Shown here in pieces: positions 24,701-36,700 of a stretch of DNA of 64,000 bases (its first letter is position 1; the number at the start of each line of letters is the position of its first letter). The translations under genes were made by a program, and so were the position numbers. The notes below the pieces were generated by a model that had not been told where the DNA came from, did no database searches, and saw nothing but the letters and a program-made list of their open reading frames with translations. The stretch is from Eledone cirrhosa (taxonomy: Eukaryota), in contig OZ024743.1 in assembly GCA_964016885.1 (NCBI GenBank), positions 166,284,001 to 166,348,000 on the forward strand, given 5' to 3'.

Positions 24701-27700
24701 TTTTACATATTTTTACAGTTCCATTAATGGACTGTACTTGCAAATTATTAACTAGCTATGCCCTTTCTGGTTCTATGAAGCCCAACTTCTCAAGATTTGT
24801 ACTGCAGCAGTTAATAATGTATCCAAGAGACCCAATAATCACAGGTACAAATCTCAAGATGTAGTCAGGGTAGAGTAACAGCACATTCTCCTTTTCTTTA
24901 GCATTATATTCTGCATGCCTTCTTTTACCTGTCCTATATCATTATATCTGGGCTATTGTTATGTTTGCATTTTATTGGGGTTTTGATTGGAACATTCCAC
25001 CAGTACACTTTCATATTATGTATGTATATGTCCTCCACATTGCTGTAATCTTTTTATATGTTATCCTTTCTCCAGATTGCATTGTATAATGTTTTAACCA
25101 CTGCATCATGCCTCATAGGTAGATAGTACTGTGCTGACATCTTTCAACAGATGCTTATGATGTTGGTGACATCTTCAATGTTTATTCCGCAGTCTGATCT
25201 GTTGTTACATCTAGGTATTTTGCCTGCATCGCTATCTCTTTTGAGAATCAGGCATTTTGTAGTTATTTACTGTTCTTGGATTGCAAAAGCATGTCCTTCA
25301 AAATGATAGCCAATATAGTGATTGTGTAGCGACCCCTTACAGCTGGAACTCAGAATGTATAGGAGTTGCATCCCTTTGTGACGGTCGCGACTCCCAGTGG
25401 CAGATCCATGTAAATGGAGTTGCGTCCCCCTGGGGACTATATATTTGAGAGCTTGAAGGCATTCCCTCTCACTTCCTACGCCGCAGCAAGAAGAACCACT
25501 TCAGACCTTGCCAAGAGATGACTCCTGTCTTCTCTCTCTCTTTCTCTACACACTCCAGTCTGAGAGTTGAGCCCAACTCACCATCAACATGTGGTAAAAA
25601 TTATTTCTATTAATTTATTTGACTTCTGTGAAGTAAAACTATGACACAACACTCACCTGCATTTATTGTCATTCTTAATAATGTATATACACTGATACTA
25701 ACATTCTAAATTGGTGACACCAAAAAAAAAAATAGGAAACGGTATTATGTGTATATAAAAAAAAACAACAAACATTTAATACAACACGCTTCATTCTGAT
25801 CTGGCTGTATTTTACTGATTTCAGCATCTTTATCAATCAAACTCCTCATATGTGCAAAGCAAACATTCCATTTATTTACACACAAACAGAAAAAAAAAAA
25901 AAAAAATGATATTGCCGTTAGTTTCCTAGCAAAACAACAATTGTATGAATGTTTTTTCTTCTTTTCTTCAGCTAAAATTTTTGAGGATGACAAGATGGCG
26001 GCTCTTTTCTCCATCAATAGAGTTTTTGGTGCGAAATCGTCTGTCATATTGGTTTTAGTTTTAAATTCCCTGCCTATACCTTGTTAATGACATCGCTCGG
26101 TTAGTCGCTCCTTTACATGTTGTCTCGGATGCATTCTTTTTCCTGTCCAGTTGTTTGACAGAAAAACAAGCGATTTTGTTTTCCTTTTCTTTTGTGTTGG
26201 AGACATTTTTCCAAACGGAGACAATTTTTTGGCAGATTACCTACGGCATACCAATGGCATCTCATTCTGTTCTACCTACGTACACGGGCGACGTAAGGTT
26301 ATGGTTCGCCCAACTCAAAGCATTTTTCGAGGCGGACAGAATCGTCGAAGCACAACAACGTCCCCTAGTCCTTAATGCAATTCCGCCGGCACTTATCCCA
26401 GCGATTATGGACTTGGTGTTAGAGACACCAACTGACGCGGCGTACAATTCTCTGAAGGCTGAAATACTCAGCCGGACTGCACAGTCCGCAGAGAAAAGAT
26501 TTAGGGCTCTGGTCCATCTAGACCATATCGGTGATGGCACCCCATCGAACCTCCTAAGGCGAATAAAGGACCTAACGGAGGGGTCAGTAGCGGAATCTGC
26601 CATATTGAAGCAGTTGTTCTTCTCGCGACTACTGCCCAACGTACAGGCAATTTTAGCCCCTATTAGGGACACTTGCACAGTGGATCAGCTTGCTGCCTCT
26701 GCGGACAAAGTTTTTGAAGTCACGGGTGCTGGAGGCAGCGAAGCCCTTGCCGCTGTTTCCCAAACAGCTCAGGCCACACCATCTGCGCGGCAGCTCCTAC
26801 AGACAGCTCAGCCATTATGGCGATGCAAAAAGCCATTCAGGAACTCACCCTGGAGCTCCAGAAGATGAAGGTCTGGTGTGGTGCCCGTTCGCGCTCGCGC
26901 AGCCGTGGGAGATCTCAATCTTTTAGATGCCGCCCCAGGTCACCAGATTCATCTTTATGCTGGTACCATGAGCGTTTTGCCGAGAGCACGAACCCCTGCG
27001 TGCAACCTTGCTAGTTTCATAAGGCGAGAAACGCCAAGGAGGTCCGCTGACGAGGGCAGTTGACCTCAACATAAAGCTACCAAACCGGAAGAGGTTTCCT
27101 CGTGGATACAGGAGCCTCCTGTAGTATTTGACCGGTCCATTGCCTGAAAGATACCCCCATGGAGTCATCCGTTACTCTGCAGGCCGTTAATCACTCGTCT
27201 ATAGAAACGTACGGGCAAATCTCGCTTCCTCTCAAATTTCTAAATCTTCGTAGGGATTTTAAGGGGATTTTTACGGTCGCCGATTTTCCATACCCTATCT
27301 TAGGAGCGGAGCGGATTTCCTCCACAACTTCTCTTTGACTGTGGATGTCCGTGGCCAACGCCTGGTGGATGACATCACTGGCTTTTCAATTTGGGGACGG
27401 AAAGCCAATGCTCCAATAGTCAGCCCCATATTCTTCATCGCTGCCGCTGGAGACGCCTACCATTCGTTGTTAGGTTCCTTCCCGGAGCTCACCGATGGAA
27501 ATTTTCGAGTCACTGAGCCAACACCGGTGCTCCAGTGTTTTCGCGTCCACGCCGCTTACCGGCGGACAAATTAAAGGCAGCACGGTCCGAGTTCGACCAT
27601 ATGCTGCAGCTGGGCATTATTCGCCCATCTACGAGTCCTTGGGCTTCACCGTTACACATGGTGCCCAAGACTTCCGGCGACTGGAGACCCACTAGGGATT

Positions 27701-30700
27701 ATAGGAGGTTAAATGCTATGACCGTCCCGGATAGGTATCCCATTCCCCACCTCCAGGATTTTGCATCTTCATTGCAGGGGTGTAAGATTTTCTCAAAACT
27801 AGATTTAGTGCGAGCCTACCACCAAATCCCGGTCAGGAAGGAGGATATTCCGAAAACGGCGATTACAACTACTTTCGGATCCTTTGAACTTTTCACCATG
27901 TCTTTTGGACTCAGGAATGCCGCTAGCACTTTTCAGCGGTTCATAGACGAAGTCACTCGTGGTCTGGACTTCGTTTATGCATACATAGACGATATTCTCG
28001 TCGCTAGTTCCTCCCCGGAAGAGCATATGCGCCACATGCTTCTCTTACTTCGGCAACATCAGGATTACCGTATTCGTGTGAATTCCGCAAAGAGTGTTTT
28101 CGGTTCCGCTTCGCTAAATTTTTTAGGCCACCTCATCGACGCCGAAGGTATTAGGCCGCTTCCCCAGTGAGTTCAAGCCATACAGGATTTACCTCTGCCT
28201 ACTACACTTCACCAGTTGCGTCACTTCTTAGGCCTAATCAATTTCTATAGGCGTTTCGTTCCTCATTGTGCTAATTTGCTATCTTCCCTTACTGACATTT
28301 TGAAAAATCATCGTAAGAAGAAAGAGGATATTTCCTTGACACAAGGACAGCTTAAAGACTTCCAGATTGTCAAGACAGCACTCGCTAGTTCATCTTTGCT
28401 AGCCCACCCGGTACCAGAGGCCAAGCTTTCGCTTTGTGTTGATGCATCTGATACCGCTGTGGGAGCAGTTTTCCAGCAGTACAACGCTGGAAACCAACAA
28501 CCTTTGGCATTTTTCTCAAGGAAGCTGAAACCAGCAGAAATGCGTTACAGCATGTTTGGGCGGGAATTATTATATATATATGTCGGTGAAACATTTCTCT
28601 CATATTCTTGAGGGGAGAAATTTTAGTGTTTTAACTGACCACAAACCTCTGACCTTCCCTTTGAGGTCTAAAGCCGACAGATATTCACCCAGAGAGACAA
28701 GGCACCTGGATTACATTTCACAATTTACAAATGATATCCAGCACATTGCTGGCTCGCTTAACATAGCTGCAGACGTATTGTCACGTTTGCCAATCAGCTC
28801 CATCTCGTCATCCCAGGAGATCGACTTAAGTCGTTTAGCTGCAGACCAACTTGCACTCCAATCGTTGGATACTCTTTCTACCGAGTTTGCGACTTGTATC
28901 TTCAAATATCTGCCCTTGTTGACCACCGACAGGCAGATTCTATGTGATGTATCTACGGATTCACCACGACCTTATGTTCCTGAGACTCACCGTCGAATTG
29001 TATTCCTTGCTTTGCACAGCATTTCTCACCCAGGAATTTCAGCCACAGTAAAGCTCATAACGGCTAGATTCTTCGGCCCAATATGAGGCAAGAAATTACT
29101 GTCTGGTGCCGTTCCTGCACACAGTGTCAGAGATCTAAAGTTCACAGACACATCCGGACTCCACTTGGTACTTTCAGTACTCCAGATACTCGGTTTCAAC
29201 ACATCCACATTGATATCGTTGGACCTTGGCCATTCAGTAGTGGATATTCTTACCTCTTGACCTGCATCGATCGTTTTTCGTGATGGCCTGAAGCCATCCC
29301 CTTAAAAGACATTACTGTTGAGACTATAGCGCGTGCCCTGGTATCAGGGTGGATTACCCGCTTTGGCGTGCCAACAACAGTCACCTCAGGCCGTGGTAGA
29401 CAATTTGAGTCTCATCTCTTCTCGGAGCTGACAAAGATCATTGGTGCTCAACAGATTCGGACCACAGCTTATCCTGCTTCGAACGGAATGGTGGAACGAT
29501 TCCACCGCCAATTAAAGGCCGCTCTTCGCGCCTATCCAGACTCTCAACGTTGGAGCGAGTACCTTCCTATTGTGTTGTTAGGAATTTGGTCATCAATAAA
29601 GGAGGACTTTGGGTTCTCCCCGGCCGAATTACTGTATGGTGCTCCTCTAGCGTTGCCTGGGCAAATGCTTGCCTCTGTTGATCTTACTTTTCAGGACCCT
29701 CTTTTCCTACGTATCTCATTTGCGCTCCTATTTTCAGGACTTACCGCCCATGAATACTAGGAAACAAACTATTAAAGCTGCAGTCCCGAGGGATATTGCC
29801 TCGTGGATCATGTATTCGTCAGAAACGACGCGGTTACTCCACCCCTCACACAGCCATACTCTGGACCCTACCGTGTGTTAGCACGCACTGAGAAACATTA
29901 AGGGGTCCAGAGAGACAATTTCGGTGGATAGACTAAAAAGGGCATACAATGACGCTCATACACCCGAGCCACAAATACCCCAATCTTTCTCTCTTGTGCA
30001 TACACCTGCTCCTTCTGCCCCACCTTCACCTACATACAAGACCACGACCCATTCCGGTCGAAGAGTCCACTGGCCCAAAAAACTCTGCCAAACTGTTTTT
30101 ATGTGAACTGGCCACTGGAGCCTTTTTGTTTTTCTCTTTATTGTATTACTATGTATACATGTACCCTTTCGTTACTATTTCATGCCTGATTTATACATGT
30201 ACCTTTTCGTTAATATTTCATGCCTGTGCTGGGAGCCCATGCTTGTGGGTTCGCTACAATTACCTTCAGGCCTTTTGCCTATCGTCTGGAGCAGGGTACT
30301 GTAGCGACCCCTTATGGCTGGAACTCAGAACATATAGGAGTTGCGTCCCTTTGTGACGGTCGCGACTCCCAGTGGCAGATCCAGGTACTAAATGGAGTTG
30401 CGTCCCCCTGGGGACTATATATTCGAGAGCTTGAAGGCATTCCCTCTCACTTCCTACACCGCAGCAAGAAGAACCTTGCCAAGAGATGACTCCTGTCTTC
30501 TTTCTCTCTTTCTCTACACGCTCCAGTCTGGGAGTTGAGCCCAACTCACCATCAACATGTGGTAAAAATTATTTCTATTAATTTATTTGACTTCTGTGAA
30601 GGTAAAACTATGACACAACACTCACCTGCATTTATTGTCATTCTTAATAATGTATATACACTGATACTAACATTCTAAAGTTGTTTGTCCAAGATAGACT

Positions 30701-33700
30701 ACTACGCTTATCTAAATTACTCTCACTTTGGAGCTTCCAAGCAACAGAGCCATACACAATGTTTTTGCTGATAAGCATGAAGTTTTTCATCCATGGATAC
30801 ATAGCAGTATTACTGTGCAATTTCCCTGGATGTGAATTTTTGGTTATCATCTAGGGAGTATTTCTCAAGGAGTTCCTTCCCAACTCTCATGGTATTAGCT
30901 GTCTCGTGTACACAGACTTGTTCAATAGATGGGCTCCTACACTTGATGGTTCACAGATGTTGTCAAAGGGTTATGATGTGACACTCAAATGCTGTCTCAA
31001 ATAATGTTAACTCTCTGCCTCCCTGTTTACTTGTCAGGTAGAGGCGGTCTGTATCACTGTAGATGTGGAAATTTCTGGTGTTGGTAAGGATTTTTCAGGT
31101 TTTAACATCAATGGCTCGGATTTCATCTAGCGTCCAATCATGTATTCCAAATGTTGGTCTCAGGACAGGCACAGCAAACAAATTGTGGGCCACTGATTTA
31201 TTGTGTGCAGAGAGTTCAAAGATCATATTTTTCTTATTCAGGTGTTATATTCCCTGGTTATGCATTACTTGTTACAAATTCCATCATAGGATATATTCTT
31301 ATATGTCCCTAAGTATCTGTAGCAGTCTTCATTAGATACTAGTGAAACAGTAAAGCCATTTATAGAAATGTTGCTAGATTGGTTTATAGTTTCTCCACGC
31401 TTGATAATTATACATGAACATTTATCTTAGCCAAACTCCATTCCTATATCCTTTGAGAATGTTGTAACCAGGTCAAGATTTTTCTTCATCCCATCTATGT
31501 TCTCGGCATAGAGTTTCAGGACATCCACAAAGAAGTCTTAGGTTAAGTTTGTATTCCTGTCCTCCAGTGAGCCAATTATGTATCCTTCATATTTCTTTAG
31601 CAGAAAGGACAAGGGGTTTAATGACAGTATAAATAATAGCACAGAGAGACTGTCTACTTGAAATATACCTCTGTGATATTCTAGTTTATCAATGAAAATA
31701 GAGTCTGTCTTCTCTCTATTTAATCTTAGGATAGTAGCCAAAGAAAAGGATAGGTTCTCTATGCCTCTGATAATAATGTTTGGGGCTTTAGCAAGTCGGA
31801 GGGCCTCTATCATCAAAGAGTGGAGAACAGAATCGAATGCTTTCCAGTAGTCCTGCCAGAGTGTAACCATTTTTCTCCTTTGTCACCACACCTCCAAACT
31901 CCTTTCTTCCCAGCTGCTTGCTACTCTGTGATGATATTATTATCGTCACAGTGATCCTAGAGAAATAGATCCTAGCAGGCTGTATATATTTTATACATTA
32001 GGCTCTGGCATGTAATGGATTGGTAGTTTTTTGCCAAGTGGGTGTCTTTGTTCTTGGGGACCAATATTGTTTCTGTTAATCTCAGCCACCTTGATATATG
32101 TGCATCTCCCTTGAGAGTTTGCTGGTAGAGGTTGATAAGATACATCTGATAGAAAGTCTGTGTTTTGTACCAATAACCGACAAGCAAGTCACTTCCTGGT
32201 GTTTTCTTATCTTGGAGTTTTCATAACACAGTCTCAAGGGTATCATCATTTATTCTGTATGCTTTTGTTGTAATGTAGGGGCAGTAGTTTGTTTGGATCT
32301 CTTTCAGCCTCATTGCATCTTGGTTGAATTTCTTTTCTTCACCCCATATTTTTCTCCAGAAGGAATCTATGTATTTCTTGGATGGGGCCCCTCAGTCACA
32401 TTTATTGACATTTGGTTTCGGCTGAATCCTTTATTACTTATTTTTCTTTCAGCCAGCCTCTTCTAATATCAAAGATTTTTGCTGACAGCTCTCAATTCTT
32501 GTTTGACGGTAATCAACTTGTACTGTCAATCCATCACCTATAACAGAGTATTATTCACCTCAGTAAATAATACACTGTTATAGGTGATGGATTGGCAGTA
32601 TTGGTAGAGTGTCAGACACCAAGCTTTGTAGCATATAGCTATGGCCCTTTATGTTCTGTGTTCAAATCCTGCCGAGGTTGGCTTTGCCTTTCATCCTCAT
32701 GGGGTCGATAAAATAAAGCACCAGTAAAATACTGTGGTTGATGTAATCGACTTTTCTCACTCCCAAAATTGCTGGCCTTGTGCCTAAAGTAGAAAATTAT
32801 TTACCTTAGTGAGGCTATGGTAAAAGCCACTTGCCTAAGGCACTGTGCTGTGGGACTGAACCCAGAACCAAACTCTTTAACCATACAACACTGCCTGCAC
32901 CTATAACAGTATTATTTACCTTAGTAAAGGCGGTGGATTGGTAGTATCGGTAGAGGGTCAGACGCCATGCTTTAGACGCACACAGTTACGGCCTTTCCAT
33001 TCTGAGTTCAAATCCCATCGAGGTTAACATCCTTACGGGGTCGATAAAATAAAGTACCAGTAATGCATTGGGTAATTTTTGGCCTTGTGCCAAAAGTAGA
33101 AACAATTATTTACCTTAGTACTTTGACCTTTGATGCTGAAGATATCACTTTCTTCTTTAGAGTCCTCATCAAGGTACTCTTTGAACTCATTCTCTTGTAA
33201 AGTGAGGTCCTTCAACTGATCAGTCAAAGACAGATCCAGAACATCTTCACCCATCTCTTTATCAATTGACTGTAAGAAAATAAAAGAAAAACTTTAAAAC
33301 AAAGCAAATACTAATACTACTAATAATACTACTAATAATACTACTAATACTACTAATAATAATGGCTTCTAATTTAAGCACAAAGCCAGCAATAGACTAA
33401 GAGCAAGCATTACAAATTAACTATGTGAAGTTCAACACTGACTATACAGGAGTGGCCCCATTGTGCAGATTGTGAGGACTAACAGGAAAAACAGTGACTC
33501 ACATAGTTAGTGAATGTAGTGTATTGGCACAGAAGGAGTACAAATTGAGACATGATAATGTTGCATGAATTGTACATTGGGAACTGCGTGGAAAGTTTAG
33601 GCCGGAGAGATCTCAGAAATGGTATGAGCACAAGCCTAATGCTATGCTGGAATAGCAGTGTGAAACTTTTATGGGACTTCAACATACAATATGATGAGAA

Positions 33701-36700
33701 TATCACAGTATGAAGACCTGATCTGATACTGGTAGACAAGGAAAGAAGACATTGTTTATTTGAAAAGGATGAAAAATATTAAAACTTGAAATATGAAATT
33801 AAGAAAGTTTGGAAATTGAATAGGGTGGATGTCATTCTGGTAGTTGTTAGAGATCTTGGTGTTAAGACAAAAAGTATCCAAAATTGGATTTAAAGATTAG
33901 TGTTGAAATGTGTACTGAATTGCTGCAAAAGACTGCACTCCTGGGAACAGCTGGAATTTTGAGAAGAGTACTACAAATGGTTGATGAGTCATTTGTTATT
34001 ACCCAATCCTGCAGGGTCATTTTGATGACATAAGAACAGATCAGTCTGAGTATGAAGAAATAATGGTTTCTACTTTAGGCTCAAAACTAGCAATTTTGAG
34101 GGGTGGTGAATTTGATTAAATTGACTCCAGTACTTTATTTTATTGACCTCAGAAAGACAAAAGGCAAATTGACCATGGTCAGATTTGAGTTCAGAACATT
34201 GAGAGCTGGAACTGAATATAAAGAAAACACAATACAAATATATAACAATATTATATAATGTATAGGATGTAGGGCCTCGGTGATGGGACAAGGTAGTGAT
34301 GGAAGGGTTACTGTTGAGCTTTCATTGTTATAATACCTTGAGACTCTAAATGACATTGGTGAATTCATAAGTACTATTGCTACTGCCAGAGTTTAACCTA
34401 TGTCAGCATAGAAAGACAATGTAAAATGATGATGATGCATTGAACACCAAATATTGCTAAACAAATCAACAGGTCAAGCAAGCAGGGATTATCATCTGAC
34501 TCATTTGCTCATGGTTAGCCATGGGTCATTGCCTCGAGGACTGATGGACCATGGTTTTGCCTGGCACATTGATCTCTCACTCTTGACACCACCACCACCA
34601 CCACCACAGTGTGGACTTGGTGCTTTTTATCGTGGCATCCAAATGATCACTTCACAGGGTAAACTAGGCTCTTTTTGTCAGGTCACCAACATGACCACTT
34701 TACAGTTTGGACTGGGCGCCTTTTATCATGTCACCAGTACAATCACTTTTCAGTGTGGACTGGGTGCTTTTGATGTTGTGGTGCCAGATCAGCATACAGT
34801 GTGGGTTTTGGGCATTTTTTCATGGGACAGCACTTTAGATTTCATAGGATGGGCAGGTGAGATGTATCAGGGCATGTAAGTGAGTTTGACATTGTTTAGG
34901 TGCGTAGGATATTTAGGTGTGATCAGAGTATTAAGGATCGCTGCAGGCTAGTGAGTCCCCTGCATGTTAGTTTCATTTCATTTTGTGCACATGGAGAGGC
35001 GAGTCTTCTGCATTCCAACATGATGCCAGAGGTCTCAATCCTGTGTCATCTTTGTGAGGTTTAATTGGGCATGGTCAACTTTTATCATCTTCATCCCAAG
35101 TTTTCCTAGGTCTTCCTCTTCTCTAGTTACCATCAACTTTGAGTACCCTGCACCTCTTTATATATTTATCCTCCATACACATCACATGTCCAAACCACCA
35201 CAATCTCCTCTCATGTACACTGCATCTGTCCCCTCTTATACCTAATTTCTTTTTCAGTTCACCGCTGCTTTGTATTTCATGCATACTACATGAGGGCTGC
35301 ATTTCCAATTTTCATAGGTTCTCTGCAGATATTGCCCAGGTCTCACACAAGCTTCATACAATCTGCCTTTCATTTTGAGGGAAAAACTTTTTGTAGCCAG
35401 CAGCGGTAGTAGCGAACTGAGCTGTTTCCATCCTGTTCCAACTCTGGCTGCTTTACTTTCAGAACACACAACTCCACTGCTAATTTGGTCTCCTAGGTAA
35501 CAGAAGTTGTTAACTACTTCTATGGAGCCTTCTAGGCCTTTAAAGGGGCTTATTTCCTGTAAGCTCTTGCTACTTACCACTCCTGGCCATCAACCATATA
35601 CAAAGCCTATACTCTTTGTTAGCTTGCCTGAGATCTCAATACATCTTTTGTGTACCCTAAATTTGCATTTGGAACAAAGGATGGAATTTCTACCTACTCC
35701 TTTCCTGAACACTGAGCAAAGTCAATTTCCTGAAGGGACTTGGGCCCTGTTTTCCCTTCTACTTACTAGAACCTTAGTCTTTGTCAAGTTGATTTTAAGG
35801 CCCTTTGATTCTAGGCTATGCTTCTAGGTTTGGAATTTCTTCTGCCATAGATTCAGCTATAAGGCTTAGATCAGTCTTAAATACCCCCATTATAGCCTGC
35901 AGAATGATAATAAACAGAAGGCTAGGAACAGAGTCCTGGTGGACTCCTACCAGCACACAAAATTCTTCGCTATAGTCATTGTTAAACCTAACTTTGCTGA
36001 CTGATCCTCTATACATAACTTGTACAGCCTTCACAAACCACTCAGCCACTCCTAGTTTTCTAAGAGCCCACCACATTATGGCATGTGGGACTCTGTTAAA
36101 AGCTTTTGCCAGATCAACAAATGCCAAATAGAGCAGCTTACTTTTAGCTAGGTACTTCTGTAGTTGCCTCACAAGTTGCCTTAAGTATCTGTATATGTCA
36201 CTGTGGTAACTATTTATACTTAATTCGTCCTTTGGACTGAGTGTTCTTACCCTTGGATATTTCTACCAAACTTACACTACAGTATATATAGACCGGGTGA
36301 TGTGTTGTTTCCTTGAGCAAGACACTTTATTTCACATTGCTCCAGTTTACTCAGCTGTAGAAATGAGATGATAGGGACTGGGGTCCCTATCATTCCACTG
36401 CAAAGTGGTCGTGGAGGTGCCCCGGCAAAAAAGCACCCAGCACTCACTGTAAATGAGGTTGGTGTTAGGAAGGGCATCCAGCTGTAGAAATCAAGCCAGA
36501 ATCAGTTCCCGTCCCACCCTTGCAAGCAGGGAAAAAGCGGACGTAAAAATGAAATGAAATGATGAAATGAATATATATATACACACACACACATATATAA
36601 ATATATATATAACTTATAAATAAAACATTTAAAATATATATTGATCTTTAATACTTGGTAGTTGTTTCTAATTAAACCATGGATCATCCACTGGAAAACT

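Larger units (their letters stand above)
25325..30679 (+). mobile_element. Full-length-structure Gypsy/Ty3 LTR retrotransposon with decayed gag-pol
   Basis: Two similar LTRs; PBS-like TGGTGACACC near 25712; PPT-like ggagcaggg near 30288; domain order gag-PR-RT-RH-IN; 4-bp TSD attg/gttg (one mismatch). Confidence 0.95.
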
